A stretch of 64,000 nucleotides of DNA from a bacterium (GTDB lineage Bacteria > Patescibacteriota > Minisyncoccia > Phycocordibacterales > UBA5272), in assembly GCA_023267535.1 (NCBI GenBank), contig JAHFNC010000003.1, positions 380-64,379 on the forward strand. Reading direction: 5' to 3'. The notes beneath the pieces were generated by a model that was not told where the DNA came from, searched no databases, and saw nothing but the letters and a program-made list of their open reading frames with translations. Each line of letters starts with the position of its first letter. Position 1 is the first letter of the stretch. This document shows positions 30,901 to 40,512 of this stretch, in pieces. A program made the position numbers and the translations under genes.

Positions 30901-32438
30901 GATGTAACCGTCATGATAATTGAATTACTTACACCGTTGCCATTTTTAACATTAAGAACATGACTTCCTGGAGCTATAAGTGAAGGAGCAGGACATCCTA
31001 CACCGACAGATGTTCCCTGTAAACCACAACGTGGTGAAGAATACGTTGGCAAAGTAAATGTAATTGCTGTGCCATTTGAAGAAACAGCAATAGGTTGAAT
31101 AGCATAAAGAGTATTTGCTGTAGAAGAATAACCATCTATATAAACAGTGCTGTCTACTGACGTAAACCCTGAACCATTAATTGTGACATTTGTCCCTATA
31201 CTAGCTGATGTTGGAGAAACAGAACTTATTACGGGTGCATTGGTTTGTAAATTACACCCAACTCCAGTAGTGTTAGTTGTCCCACAACTAGCAACGTTTA
31301 CCGTAACTGACGCTTGATTACTTATTCCATTACTATTTGAAACTTGAATATGATATGTTCCATTATAATTTCTTGGAACAACAATTGTGGTTCCACCATT
31401 TGTGGATGGATAATTTACAGTTCCCATACCTGCTCCGTAATTTACTACATTTGAGGCTGGGTCAAACCTAACACCGGTAATTGTAATATTCCCCTGAGAA
31501 TCACTAGTAACGCTAGTGATTTGTGGTGAGGTTGTTGATGTTGTATTACAACCTATTCTGTTATTAAGAGCTCCACAAGCAGTTACATTTACCAGTATTT
31601 GATTACTTAACCCATTACTATTTACAACTTGAACATAATAATTTCCAGCAGTAGTCACTCCTAAATCTGCGGGATCAAAAATAATTATGGTTCCATTAAG
31701 AAGAGATGAGAAATGGAAATTAGTAGTTGCTTTTCCATAAACATTTACTGAGTTTGATATTGGGTCAAAGTGATTACCGATAATAATATATTTACCCGTA
31801 GCTGTTGGTATGCTTGTGGTATTTAATGACATTAAACTTTCTTGAGTATCAGGATAAATTCCAGAAATAACAGGTGCGCTGTTATTCGTTGGGTTTGTTG
31901 GTGGTGTAGGATTGTCTGGTGTTGTAGGATTTACTGGGTTTGCGATACCGCTTGTACCAGTCGGAGTAGCGTTGTGACAAGAAACATAAGCAATCTTTGC
32001 TCTAGTGTAAACTCCAACATAACCAGTATTGCTCAAAACAAATCCAGTAATAGCTAATTGTTGTCTATCACTAGCGCTAGGAATAAGTGTAGTATCTATG
32101 TCATTTACCGAAACATTTGAGTAAACTTGCACCTGAAAAGACTTTACTGCATTTTGAGTTACTCTACCAAAAGCAGAATATTGTTGTGGTTCTAACGAAA
32201 AGAATGGGTTACCACTAGCATCACTACTATTATTTAAAAATGATTGTAATAAAAATATATTACCGTTAGTTGTTGTATCTGATTGGCCTCTAGCAAGGTT
32301 ACTAGTTAATGAGGTACATTGTGAGACAGATGTGCCACCGGTAGCTGTATCACCTAATGTCTGAGCAAAAGACATAACTGGAATTAAAGAGCCGATAAAA
32401 ACAACTGAAACCAATATAGATTTAATATTTTTAAACAT
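27951..32438 (-). CDS. giant secreted surface protein (1495 aa), paralogous at both ends to the 1073-aa protein
   Basis: The first ~45 nt of coding sequence are identical to the 24618 gene (same signal peptide), the upstream ~100 nt are highly similar, and the C-terminal PG-binding domain is ~90 % identical. The interior has IPT/TIG-like units (P.ISS.SP…G..VTI.G.GF) and Fn3-like units (Y.TRINDTTAG.WTG.CS…NYCNNN…ACN.NGCSN). Confidence 0.65.
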   Translation of the reverse strand: MFKNIKSILVSVVFIGSLIPVMSFAQTLGDTATGGTSVSQCTSLTSNLARGQSDTTTNGNIFLLQSFLNNSSDASGNPFFSLEPQQYSAFGRVTQNAVKSFQVQVYSNVSVNDIDTTLIPSASDRQQLAITGFVLSNTGYVGVYTRAKIAYVSCHNATPTGTSGIANPVNPTTPDNPTPPTNPTNNSAPVISGIYPDTQESLMSLNTTSIPTATGKYIIIGNHFDPISNSVNVYGKATTNFHFSSLLNGTIIIFDPADLGVTTAGNYYVQVVNSNGLSNQILVNVTACGALNNRIGCNTTSTTSPQITSVTSDSQGNITITGVRFDPASNVVNYGAGMGTVNYPSTNGGTTIVVPRNYNGTYHIQVSNSNGISNQASVTVNVASCGTTNTTGVGCNLQTNAPVISSVSPTSASIGTNVTINGSGFTSVDSTVYIDGYSSTANTLYAIQPIAVSSNGTAITFTLPTYSSPRCGLQGTSVGVGCPAPSLIAPGSHVLNVKNGNGVSNSIIMTVTSAQVQNQNTGNTPTLTVTSFGSAPSGSAPLSISLTANNLQITTASEAYAIDWGDGSSPSVIASGCTSATSCTTAGASHVYQAAQAVRTANLQTSIIYTATLHKYTSAGCSSNTSGTCSLQSLVTNSTPLAVSGPITVTDVPQIYLSASNVSGVSPLAVTFSSSVPANAPNSPYTLMYAGGNANRCSSVADPSYPTSPIGACTTLGAGSQATYSYIWQNSMGDNRSPDTYQARLVSSTGQILGIANITVSKPSTTANTNTNSTTLSQQSQTASTARPLISGTANVSTVYVSFINTNNGSMIAGSGPLTVTNGSWSGTPMTDLPSGAYTVSVYNSIGTLLTSGALTVNLGTAQANPVTTTAPTAPALTTSVTSTYYTVSWSRVSGIDYYNAIDAGTSAGGSVNTSSSWSIPLSSFTPSTSATSHTAYVKACNAGTNVCSSWSSVTINVPATVANTQATPLPVPTVSVNGTPLSNSGTAQIASGSTASITYGNTGGQGTCSVNGGTPPTSVTASTNIGTYTYTCSNTTGSATFSFGLNFATAQTATVTNTIPAVPTSSGSCSGTSASIGWQGATGATYYMTRINDTTAGTWTGSCSTSENGGNYCNNNDTINPHTWTGVAGHSYTTWVQACNNNGCSNGSSWPAFSCPQAQASAPANTTTTTTTAPTQPSFTTPPNFSASPILSTQSATFGWTANASYCNVSHPDGSSPWNNAPATYSMTLSGASYPNGLTTTVTCYGSTGISTAVTATLAVCGQGQAIYNGGCTTTICPQGQTPVNGACPVAQASAPAPATNSIPAVPASSGSNVPSCSGTSASISWGAVSGATFYQTRINDTTAGIWTGTCSTAENGGNYCNNNETSTSHSWAGVAGHSYATWVHACNSNGCSNASNWPTFSCGAVHGASISNICINLGQHMSLGITDKETSGEVTRLQLFLKERGYFKEDITGIFGKVTESAVKSFQTDKNLIVTGQVGQVTRDTIKSLSCGN

Positions 32439-32716
32439 AGTGCAATTATTATTTATAATATCTACATTATATCCTTTTATTTATCTAAAATTTAAAGCTA
32501 TCAACATAGCAAAAACACCACGAAAGTGGTGTTTTTACAAATCTATACTTGGCTGTCCATTAAACAAAGATATTTAGCGAAATACGAGACACAGTATTAA
32601 GCCAAAAAATGTTTTAGATTTTAATTTTTGGAGAAACACGAGAAGAAGATGTATACAAAATACATTGACTGAGCGTGAGAGGCTCCAAAAAATTAAAAGA
32701 TGAGATATTTTTTGGC

Positions 32717-33979
32717 TTAATACTCGCGCATTGAGAGCTGAGCATCAACCTTTTTAATCAAGTCCAAAATAACTGAAATAGCAATCAAAATAGATGTTCC
32801 GCCAATAGCTACCGCTTTTATTCCTGTCACACCTTGAACAATTAAAGGTAAAACTGCAACGAGTCCCAAGAAAATCGCTCCAAACAGAGTAATTCTTCCC
32901 AAAACTCCACCAATATACTCAGCGGTCATTGCTCCTGGACGGTAACCTGAAATAAAAGCTCCATTTTTCTGTAGATTCTCAGCAGTCTTTTCTGGATCAA
33001 ACATAATAGCCGTGTAGAAATAAGTAAACAAAACCACCAAAATAAAATATGTTGCTCCATAAATCCATTGATTAGCAATCAAATCGTTTATAGTTCTAGC
33101 TAAACTTTGGAGAATACCGTATTTAGATGTTGAGAAAAGTTGCCCAATAAATTGTGGGAAAAGTAAGATTGAGATAGCAAAAATTATCGGCACAACTCCA
33201 GCCTGGTTCAAACGAAGTGGAAGATAGGTAGAAGTATTAAACGTACTTCCCTGGCCTGCTCTTGATTGTCTAGCATAAGTAACCGTAAGAGGTCTTTCGG
33301 CTTCTGTAATAAAGACAATACCAGCAACCACAAGGATAGTAAGAATTAAAATACCTAAAAGCATTGGGATTTGAGAAGCGTCAAAGGTAATAAAGAATTG
33401 CCCAAGTTTATTTGGAAGTGCCGCCACGATACCAGCGAAAATAATAAGAGATACTCCGTTTCCTATACCTCTCTCATTTATTTGCTCACCCAGCCACATC
33501 ATAAGCATTGTTCCTGCAGTGACGATAATGATGTTTGTTATTAAAACCGGCACAGCCATATGTGTAATAACATTTTGCTTCTCAAGTAAAGTAATAAGAG
33601 CGAAACCTTGTAGAATTGCAAAAGGTAAAGTAATTAGTCTGCCGTATTGAACGAATTTCTTTCTTCCAACCTCCCCTTCTTCTTGATACATCTCCTTTAG
33701 TCTTGGAGAAATAACTGTCATAAGTTGCATGATAATTGAAGAAGTAATGTATGGACCAACTCCAAGCATGACAAAAGAAAGCGCTGATAACCCACCGCCC
33801 GCAAAAATATTCAAAAATCCAAAGAAACTGTTCTTTTCTAGAAATTGAGCTAGGTTACTTGCATCTATTCCTGGGATTGGAATAACCGCTAAAAGTCTTG
33901 TAATAAGCAAAATAACGACCACAAATAAAATCCTTGATCTTAAAACAGAATCCGAGAAAATCGCTTTTAAAGTATTCAT
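32717..33979 (-). CDS. secY: preprotein translocase subunit SecY
   Basis: 10-TM SecY family (420 aa), including …LGVGPYITSSIIMQL…. Confidence 0.9.
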   Translation of the reverse strand: MNTLKAIFSDSVLRSRILFVVVILLITRLLAVIPIPGIDASNLAQFLEKNSFFGFLNIFAGGGLSALSFVMLGVGPYITSSIIMQLMTVISPRLKEMYQEEGEVGRKKFVQYGRLITLPFAILQGFALITLLEKQNVITHMAVPVLITNIIIVTAGTMLMMWLGEQINERGIGNGVSLIIFAGIVAALPNKLGQFFITFDASQIPMLLGILILTILVVAGIVFITEAERPLTVTYARQSRAGQGSTFNTSTYLPLRLNQAGVVPIIFAISILLFPQFIGQLFSTSKYGILQSLARTINDLIANQWIYGATYFILVVLFTYFYTAIMFDPEKTAENLQKNGAFISGYRPGAMTAEYIGGVLGRITLFGAIFLGLVAVLPLIVQGVTGIKAVAIGGTSILIAISVILDLIKKVDAQLSMREY

Positions 33980-34036
33980 AATTCAGGTATTATATCACTT
34001 TTTAAAGAAAAAGCACACCTGAGAAACAGTGTTTTA

Positions 34037-34513
34037 TTACTTTGTAGACACCCATCTTGCACTCCTTGTGCCAGCATCTTTTAATATCCAATTAGCAGGT
34101 GTACCTTGTTTCTTTTGGTCTTTATCTCCGTAATACCAACCTTTCGCTTGATCTTCCGCTGTAAATTGATTCATAGCAGTATTTGAACCTGTATTTTGAT
34201 CTGGCATAACTGTAGCTACCCATCTTGCACTTTTTGTTCCAGCATCTTTTAACACCCAACCAACCGGAGTTCCTTGTTTCTTTTGGTCTTTATCTCCGTA
34301 ATACCAACCTCTGGCTTTATCCTCTGCTGTAAATTGACCTGCTGTGTTTGTAACCTCTGTATTTTGCCCAGTTGTGGTTGCAACAATTGCGGTTGATGTT
34401 GGCGCAGGCGGAGTATTTGAAACTATTGGAGTGTTACCTAATAAACCAGAAAATAAAGCCACGATGCTAGCAAAAAAAGATAATATTGTGTTCATATAGT
34501 TAAATTCTATCAT
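34037..34513 (-). CDS. small secreted protein with two tandem ~50-aa repeats (158 aa)
   Basis: Signal/TM segment, then QFTAEDKARGWYYGDKDQKKQGTPVGWVLKDAGTKSARWV duplicated. The DNA shows ~150-nt direct repeats. Confidence 0.5.
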   Translation of the reverse strand: MIEFNYMNTILSFFASIVALFSGLLGNTPIVSNTPPAPTSTAIVATTTGQNTEVTNTAGQFTAEDKARGWYYGDKDQKKQGTPVGWVLKDAGTKSARWVATVMPDQNTGSNTAMNQFTAEDQAKGWYYGDKDQKKQGTPANWILKDAGTRSARWVSTK

Positions 34514-34541
34514 ATTGAAATAAAATTAAAAGAAAAGAAAA

Positions 34542-34564
34542 GAGCGACGCCGTAGGCGTCGCTC
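34542..34564. terminator. GCGACGCC-GTA-GGCGTCGC family terminator (downstream of the 1511-aa gene)
   Basis: aaaagagcgacgcc-gta-ggcgtcgctctttt, a perfect hairpin. Confidence 0.7.
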
Positions 34565-34583
34565 TTTTTATAATTATTTTTTA

Positions 34584-37500
34584 TTAATTACACGAATCAT
34601 GTTTAATCGCCTGTCTAGTAAAGTCATAGACCATACCTGTCTCTGGGAGATTAATACTTTTTTGATATTCTTTTACGGCTTCAACTGTAGAGTCCCCATA
34701 GAATCCAGTTGGAGTATCGTACAAAAATCCTTTTTGTACCAAAAACTTTTGAAGTAAAAGAACTTTTGGTGACTCTGCTCCTCGGTGAATATTGGTGGTT
34801 AAATCTACACAAGATGCCTCTACACCAAGAACCTGTGGAGGATAATCTCCAATAACTAAAGGTTTAGTGTCTGGGATTGAACTCTGAGAATTGGATTTAC
34901 ATTTATCAGACAATGTATCAAAATGGCTTCCTGTTACACACTGAGCTGTTACAGTTTGAGTCCCAGCTAATTCAGATGACCCATTCATTAGATGAAAAGT
35001 ATATACTCCTGGCCTAATACCAATTAATGTATTTTTGTCTGGGTAAAAAGAGGTTACAATGCCATATGTGTTATCAGAACCAGATGTGTAATAGTTTACT
35101 TGTGCAGTATTTACTGTAGTATTCCATGCAACAGTCACATTACAGGTATTATATCCAACTGAAACTGTACAAGAGGTTGGTGTTACAGACAAGCTTCCTG
35201 TTGGAGTAGATACAGCAGATGATCCAGTTGCTGGACCATTTATAAATACCATAGTAGATGTTACTGGGGCAGACTTAACACCATAAGTATTTTTTACAAC
35301 CACAGTAGAAGTAACTGTACAACCGTAAAATGAGGCGTCGTTTACAGCACCCGAATCTGTTCCACTAGGTGAATTACCAAACGGTATCCAGTTATTAACA
35401 GTTCCAGCATGAGAACAATTCTGTCCTGCATTTGACGAGAAAACAACATTTGAAGAATCATCAATCGCGCTAGCGTTCTGACTTGTTATTTGTAATGAGT
35501 GAGGCTTTAATGGATCCTGTCCTGTAGCATAAGATGTTCCATTCCAAAGAACTGCTGTTACTACTGGAGTAGGAGCTGCAGTTACTTGAGATGTGTCTAA
35601 TACTGTTCCAGCAAGATAACAGCCAAACACTTTCCATGTTGTTGAAGTTAAATCAAGAGCACATGTTACACCTGACATAGATACAGGACAGCTGTCTCCT
35701 TCATTTGGTGTGGTTGTAACAACTGAAGCACAAGACTTAGTGGCAAAAGGTCCTGTCTTATCTCTTCCGTAAGGACTACTATTTTGTGTTGATTGCCAAT
35801 TATAGACACCGTTTACTAAATTAAGTATAGCTGTTGCTACATTTGTTGGATCTGACTTTCTACGAAGAGAATAAACTACACTTGTAACATTGGTTGCATA
35901 ACTATTGTAAGCTACAGTAGCTGTGTGGCCCCATTGATTAAATACAAATGGATATGGATTTCCTGCTTGGGTGTACGTAGTATAGTCATAGAAATTTGTA
36001 CATGTAGTGGCATTTGACGCCATACATATTTGTAAATCATTATTTGTTATGTCATTTTCCCAGTCGTTATTCACAGTAAAGATGACTGTTCTACCGCCTT
36101 CTTTTGGTAAATTTTGAGAAGATGGAGTGATTGTAAGTGGTTGTAATTTTTTCATTGTCCAAGTTGCCTGAGTGCCACTTGCCGTTAATCCCATACGAAG
36201 TCCTGTCTCGTAACCTGCCTTTTTATGAAACCAAGCAAAGTCACGACTAAAGCCTCCATCTGTAAAACTCCAATTACCAGATGAGTCCGTTGAAGTATCT
36301 AAAGCGAAAGTTGTAGGACCAGCCTTGTAAACAGTAACGGTAACTCCACCAAGACCATTTCCATTTTCATCAATAACTTTACCAGAATACGGCACAGGAA
36401 TATTTGGATGAGTAGTAGCCCATGTAGTCCAATCAATAATCCCAGTTGTAGGAGGAGGTGTTGATGTATTAAGACCAGCCGTAGCTTGAATTGAAGATGG
36501 ATAACTTATTAGATTAGCGGCATTTGTGGCTGTTAGTGTACAACTGTAGTGATATCCAGATATAAGATTATTTACTACAATTGGCGAAGACTGGCTGGTA
36601 GCAGATTGAGTATCAGCAATATTGGCCGCCGTGCTTATGTTACGACAACTAGCATTATAAGAAGTGATAGGAGAACCACCGTTATTTAGAGGTACAGCAA
36701 ATGTAATTGTGGCACTATCTCTAAGGGATGTAGCTGTATCATTTCTAGTAACTCTAGTAATTGTTGGAGCACCTGGAGCAGTTGCTGATTGAGAACTTGA
36801 ACAGACTCCATTGTTTATGGTTTGTCCTGGATTACAAACAATAAGAGTATAACTAGGCGCAGAAGCTAAATCTGAAGAAGGAGTTCCATTAGCGCTGTAA
36901 CAAATAAGTTTTCTACTATAACCTGATGCCATTTGACCACCCATAGCCCCTGTTGCCCAAGAGTATGATGTGTTTGAACTATTTGTCCAGTAAGAAAGAG
37001 GAGTAGCTGGATTATTTCCAGCATTAAAGAGAGTACAAGTAACAGCACCATTAGAACTGTAATTTACAGCAGCGCTCGGTGAATTGTATGCAATTGTTGC
37101 TTGAGGAATTGACCATGAAGCAGATGGAGCTGTTCCCTGTGGTGCGGCTTTAAATGTAACTGCTAGTGTCTTTGAGGTGGTCTGTCCTCCCGGGCTGGTT
37201 ACTACGTAAGTAAGAGTGTTGGTGCATCCATACTTAGCAGTTCCTGGAATCGCTGTGTCGGAGCCAGATGCTCCACTCATAGCGGTATTACCTGTTGTTA
37301 TCCAAGGAGTCCAATTAGTTGTTATATCACTACTACCGCACACCAATCTAGATGATAATACCCCTGTTGATCCAGTTGGTGTTGCACTCCATGACCATAC
37401 ACGAGATACTAATGGGTCTACATTTGTTTGATTAGTTGAAAAACTATTGAAAGTTAAAGTTGCGCTTGGCGCTACAGGAGTAACAGCATTTTGACAACTT

Positions 37501-39119
37501 TGTTGTGTGGTAAATGTTTGTAATCCTTGATACATATAGGAACCACAAAATTGCCTTGCTGATTGGCACGATGTATTTGAACTATCAATCCAATATAAAT
37601 TACTACAACCTGTATTATTTTGTGGTGGCACACAAGAATTACCACTAACTGTGTAATTTGGTTGGCAAACAGTAAGAGTTTTAGTATCTGAAACTGGTGT
37701 TCCGCCGTTGTTATCACAGGTAACAGTGGTTGTTAATCCATCTGGAAAAGAAGCTGCCGAATATGTGTATGACGGGAAATTTAAACTGGCTGGATCCCAA
37801 ACTCCAGCTGAATTACTCACCTTGCAATGAGTAGCATTCGTAGAAGAATAAGCATACGAAGTATTTCCATCATGAGTAATTGTTGAAGGAGTGAAAGAAG
37901 ATGTGACGGTTGGTGTTTGTGTTGATGATGGACTTACACAACTTCCATTACTTATTGTTTGACCAGAAGCACAAACAGTTAATGTGTAAATTGGAGCGGA
38001 ATTCAAATCCGAAGAAGCTACACCAGCTGAATTGTAACAGATTAATTTCCTACTAAATCCTTGTGTGAGTGTTCCTAAAATACCATAAGGGAATGTATAA
38101 GCTGTATAAGTATTGTGAGTCCAATTTGAAAGTGGTTGATTTGTTGCAGTGTCAAACATAGTACAATTCTCCGCATTTATCGAAAAATAAGAAAACACTG
38201 GGCTTGACGCTCCATATGTAATTATTCCTGAATTTAATGTCCACGAAGCAGTTGGAGCTGACACTTGCGGTGCATGTTTAAATGTAACAGCCAGTGTCTT
38301 TGATGTGGTCTGCCCTGTTGGGCTAGTAACTGTATAAGTTACTGTGTTTGTACATCCATACTTAGCTGTTCCTGGAGTTGCTGTATCTGAGCCAGATGCT
38401 CCGCTACCATTACCTGTTACTGTCCAAGGTGCCCAGTTTGCTGTGGTGCCATTATTACCAGAAACATCACAATTTGTGAGAGTTGCTGAAATAACCCCTG
38501 TTGATCCGAGTGGTGTTGCGCTCCATGACCACACGCGAGAAGCTAGTGGGTCTACATTTGTTTGGTCAGTTGAAAAACCATTGAAAGTTAAAGTTGCGGT
38601 TGGAGGAGTAGCGACAGAACTTAAACAACTTTGTTGTGTAGTGAATGTTTGTAGCCCCTGATACATATATGAGCCACAAAATTGCCTTGCTGACTGACAC
38701 GATGTATTGGTATTGTCTGTCCAATATAAATTACTACAATTTGTGTTATTTTGTGGAGCGATACAAGAATTACCACTAACTGTGTAACTCGGTGGGCAAA
38801 CGGTTAAAGTTTTAGTGTCCGAAACAGGAGTTCCGTTGTTGTTGTCACAAGTGACAGTGGTTGTCAGTCCATTTGGAAATTGAGATGCTTGATATGTATA
38901 TGCTGGGAAATTTAAACTGGCTGGATCCCAAACTCCACCCGAATTAGATACCTTACAATGAGTTGCGTTTGTGGAAGAATATGTGTATGAGGTTGCTCCA
39001 TCAGATGTAATTGTTGATGGAGTGAAAGAAGATGTGACGGTTGGAGACACTTGAGCAAAAGAAATAAGTGGCGCAACAAAAAAAGTAGCAACTAAAATTG
39101 TAAGTTTTGATTTGGACAT
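34584..39119 (-). CDS. giant secreted surface protein (1511 aa): two ~375-aa duplicated modules, Fn3-like and carboxypeptidase-regulatory-like domains, C-terminal Cys-bounded PG_binding_1 domain
   Basis: Signal peptide; module TVTSSFTPSTIT…CKVSNSGGVWDPASLNFP…QFCGSYMYQGLQTFTTQQSC repeated at aa ~25 and ~400 with ~70 % identity. GKVIDENGNGLGGVTVTVYKAG…SGNWSF is CarbopepD_reg-like. C-terminal C…VLLLQKFLVQKGF…EAVKEYQ…C is PG-binding. Confidence 0.65.
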   Translation of the reverse strand: MSKSKLTILVATFFVAPLISFAQVSPTVTSSFTPSTITSDGATSYTYSSTNATHCKVSNSGGVWDPASLNFPAYTYQASQFPNGLTTTVTCDNNNGTPVSDTKTLTVCPPSYTVSGNSCIAPQNNTNCSNLYWTDNTNTSCQSARQFCGSYMYQGLQTFTTQQSCLSSVATPPTATLTFNGFSTDQTNVDPLASRVWSWSATPLGSTGVISATLTNCDVSGNNGTTANWAPWTVTGNGSGASGSDTATPGTAKYGCTNTVTYTVTSPTGQTTSKTLAVTFKHAPQVSAPTASWTLNSGIITYGASSPVFSYFSINAENCTMFDTATNQPLSNWTHNTYTAYTFPYGILGTLTQGFSRKLICYNSAGVASSDLNSAPIYTLTVCASGQTISNGSCVSPSSTQTPTVTSSFTPSTITHDGNTSYAYSSTNATHCKVSNSAGVWDPASLNFPSYTYSAASFPDGLTTTVTCDNNGGTPVSDTKTLTVCQPNYTVSGNSCVPPQNNTGCSNLYWIDSSNTSCQSARQFCGSYMYQGLQTFTTQQSCQNAVTPVAPSATLTFNSFSTNQTNVDPLVSRVWSWSATPTGSTGVLSSRLVCGSSDITTNWTPWITTGNTAMSGASGSDTAIPGTAKYGCTNTLTYVVTSPGGQTTSKTLAVTFKAAPQGTAPSASWSIPQATIAYNSPSAAVNYSSNGAVTCTLFNAGNNPATPLSYWTNSSNTSYSWATGAMGGQMASGYSRKLICYSANGTPSSDLASAPSYTLIVCNPGQTINNGVCSSSQSATAPGAPTITRVTRNDTATSLRDSATITFAVPLNNGGSPITSYNASCRNISTAANIADTQSATSQSSPIVVNNLISGYHYSCTLTATNAANLISYPSSIQATAGLNTSTPPPTTGIIDWTTWATTHPNIPVPYSGKVIDENGNGLGGVTVTVYKAGPTTFALDTSTDSSGNWSFTDGGFSRDFAWFHKKAGYETGLRMGLTASGTQATWTMKKLQPLTITPSSQNLPKEGGRTVIFTVNNDWENDITNNDLQICMASNATTCTNFYDYTTYTQAGNPYPFVFNQWGHTATVAYNSYATNVTSVVYSLRRKSDPTNVATAILNLVNGVYNWQSTQNSSPYGRDKTGPFATKSCASVVTTTPNEGDSCPVSMSGVTCALDLTSTTWKVFGCYLAGTVLDTSQVTAAPTPVVTAVLWNGTSYATGQDPLKPHSLQITSQNASAIDDSSNVVFSSNAGQNCSHAGTVNNWIPFGNSPSGTDSGAVNDASFYGCTVTSTVVVKNTYGVKSAPVTSTMVFINGPATGSSAVSTPTGSLSVTPTSCTVSVGYNTCNVTVAWNTTVNTAQVNYYTSGSDNTYGIVTSFYPDKNTLIGIRPGVYTFHLMNGSSELAGTQTVTAQCVTGSHFDTLSDKCKSNSQSSIPDTKPLVIGDYPPQVLGVEASCVDLTTNIHRGAESPKVLLLQKFLVQKGFLYDTPTGFYGDSTVEAVKEYQKSINLPETGMVYDFTRQAIKHDSCN

Positions 39120-39188
39120 AATAATATTGATTAGCTAATATAAGGCACAATTACCTTAATAGTATATAACAATTACAGTGATTTTATG

Positions 39189-39237
39189 GGGGGATAACAG
39201 AAAAAGCGACGCCTACGGCGTCGCTTTTTCTGTTATC
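39189..39237. terminator. 23-bp perfect inverted repeat containing the GCGACGCC-TAC-GGCGTCGC terminator core (downstream of rplO)
   Basis: gggataacagaaaaagcgacgcc-tac-ggcgtcgctttttctgttatccc. Confidence 0.7.
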
Positions 39238-39244
39238 CCAAAAA

Positions 39245-39811
39245 TTATTTTTTTGCTTTTGGTTTTGCACCACCTTTAGCTGATTTTTTTCCAGCTCTAG
39301 CGGTCTTTTTATCAGATGACTCTTTCGCTTGCTTATCAGCGTGTATTTCTGTCACTGTTTTATCGGCAATTACAATATTTCCTCCTGCCTTTTCAATTTT
39401 TTCTTTGGCAATTGAGGAAACAATACATCCTTCAATTGTTACGTTGACTGTAATTTCTCCAGTTCCTAGTATTTTTATCTTTGGAGTCTTACCGGCAACC
39501 AATTGAACCAATCCTTTTTGTATAAGAGTTGTCTTATTTACTATCTCCCCTGCGGAAAAGATATTTAGAGAAGAAACATTTACCACAGCTTCTGGCCCTC
39601 TATCAAATGCTGACTTGGCACGATTCTTTCCGTGACCTCGCAACTTTGGAAGCTTCTTAATAATGTCACGCATTGCTGGGCGTCTCTTATTTCCAGCTCT
39701 AGCTGTTTGTCCCTTTCCTCCACGACCAGCTGTTTTACCTCGCTTTCCTCCACGAGCAACTAGTTTCTTTTTTCTTTGTGGGTGAGCACGTCTTATTTCA
39801 TGAACTTGCAT
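39245..39811 (-). CDS. rplO: 50S ribosomal protein L15 (with a C-terminal extension)
   Basis: L15 N-terminal Gly/Arg-rich region; 188 aa against a typical ~145. Confidence 0.85.
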   Translation of the reverse strand: MQVHEIRRAHPQRKKKLVARGGKRGKTAGRGGKGQTARAGNKRRPAMRDIIKKLPKLRGHGKNRAKSAFDRGPEAVVNVSSLNIFSAGEIVNKTTLIQKGLVQLVAGKTPKIKILGTGEITVNVTIEGCIVSSIAKEKIEKAGGNIVIADKTVTEIHADKQAKESSDKKTARAGKKSAKGGAKPKAKK

Positions 39812-39816
39812 AAATT

Positions 39817-40503
39817 TTATTTATCTTCTTTATTAATTTCATCTTTTCCGACCTTTGTGGCTTGAACTGGAGCCTCACCATGAGTGTAAGCAATTTGTTC
39901 TAGCGCTTTCATTGTGGCACGAGCATTGTTTAGTTTATTCTTTGTTCCAGAAAAAAACTTTGCAGTAACATCGTGTAATCCAGCCAAGTTAAGAATGATA
40001 CGAGCTGATGATCCAGCAATAAGTCCTCTACCCTTATTTGGCATAATAAACACCTTTGATGATTTGAATTTCGCTTCAATATCATGAGGTAGAGAATTAT
40101 TTTTTGCCAATCTAAGATGAATCATATTCTTCTTAGCGGCCTTCATTGCTTTTTCAATAGCCACTTGAGTATCAAGTGCCTTACCAGTTCCAAGTCCGAT
40201 GCGACCATTTCTATCTCCGGCAACCAAGGCTACAGAAAGAGAAAATCTTCTACCTCCTGAGACCACACGAGTCACACGACGAATAGAAATAGTTTTGCTA
40301 TCAAACTCTGGCTTCTCACGAGCGAACTTTTTAAATCCACCCTTGCGACCACCAGCTCCACCTTTCCCTCCTCTATTTCCTCCGCTACCACGACCGAATC
40401 TAGGAGCTTTTTGTGCTGCTTCTTCAGCTACAGCAACATTTCCTACTACGATTTTTTCTTCTTTTACTTCTGCTTCCGCAGGTATTATTGTTTCTTCTGT
40501 CAT
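39817..40503 (-). CDS. rpsE: 30S ribosomal protein S5 (with an N-terminal Gly/Arg-rich extension)
   Basis: S5 dsRBD plus C-terminal domain. No rpmD between it and rplO. Confidence 0.9.
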   Translation of the reverse strand: MTEETIIPAEAEVKEEKIVVGNVAVAEEAAQKAPRFGRGSGGNRGGKGGAGGRKGGFKKFAREKPEFDSKTISIRRVTRVVSGGRRFSLSVALVAGDRNGRIGLGTGKALDTQVAIEKAMKAAKKNMIHLRLAKNNSLPHDIEAKFKSSKVFIMPNKGRGLIAGSSARIILNLAGLHDVTAKFFSGTKNKLNNARATMKALEQIAYTHGEAPVQATKVGKDEINKEDK

Positions 40504-40512
40504 ATATTTATA

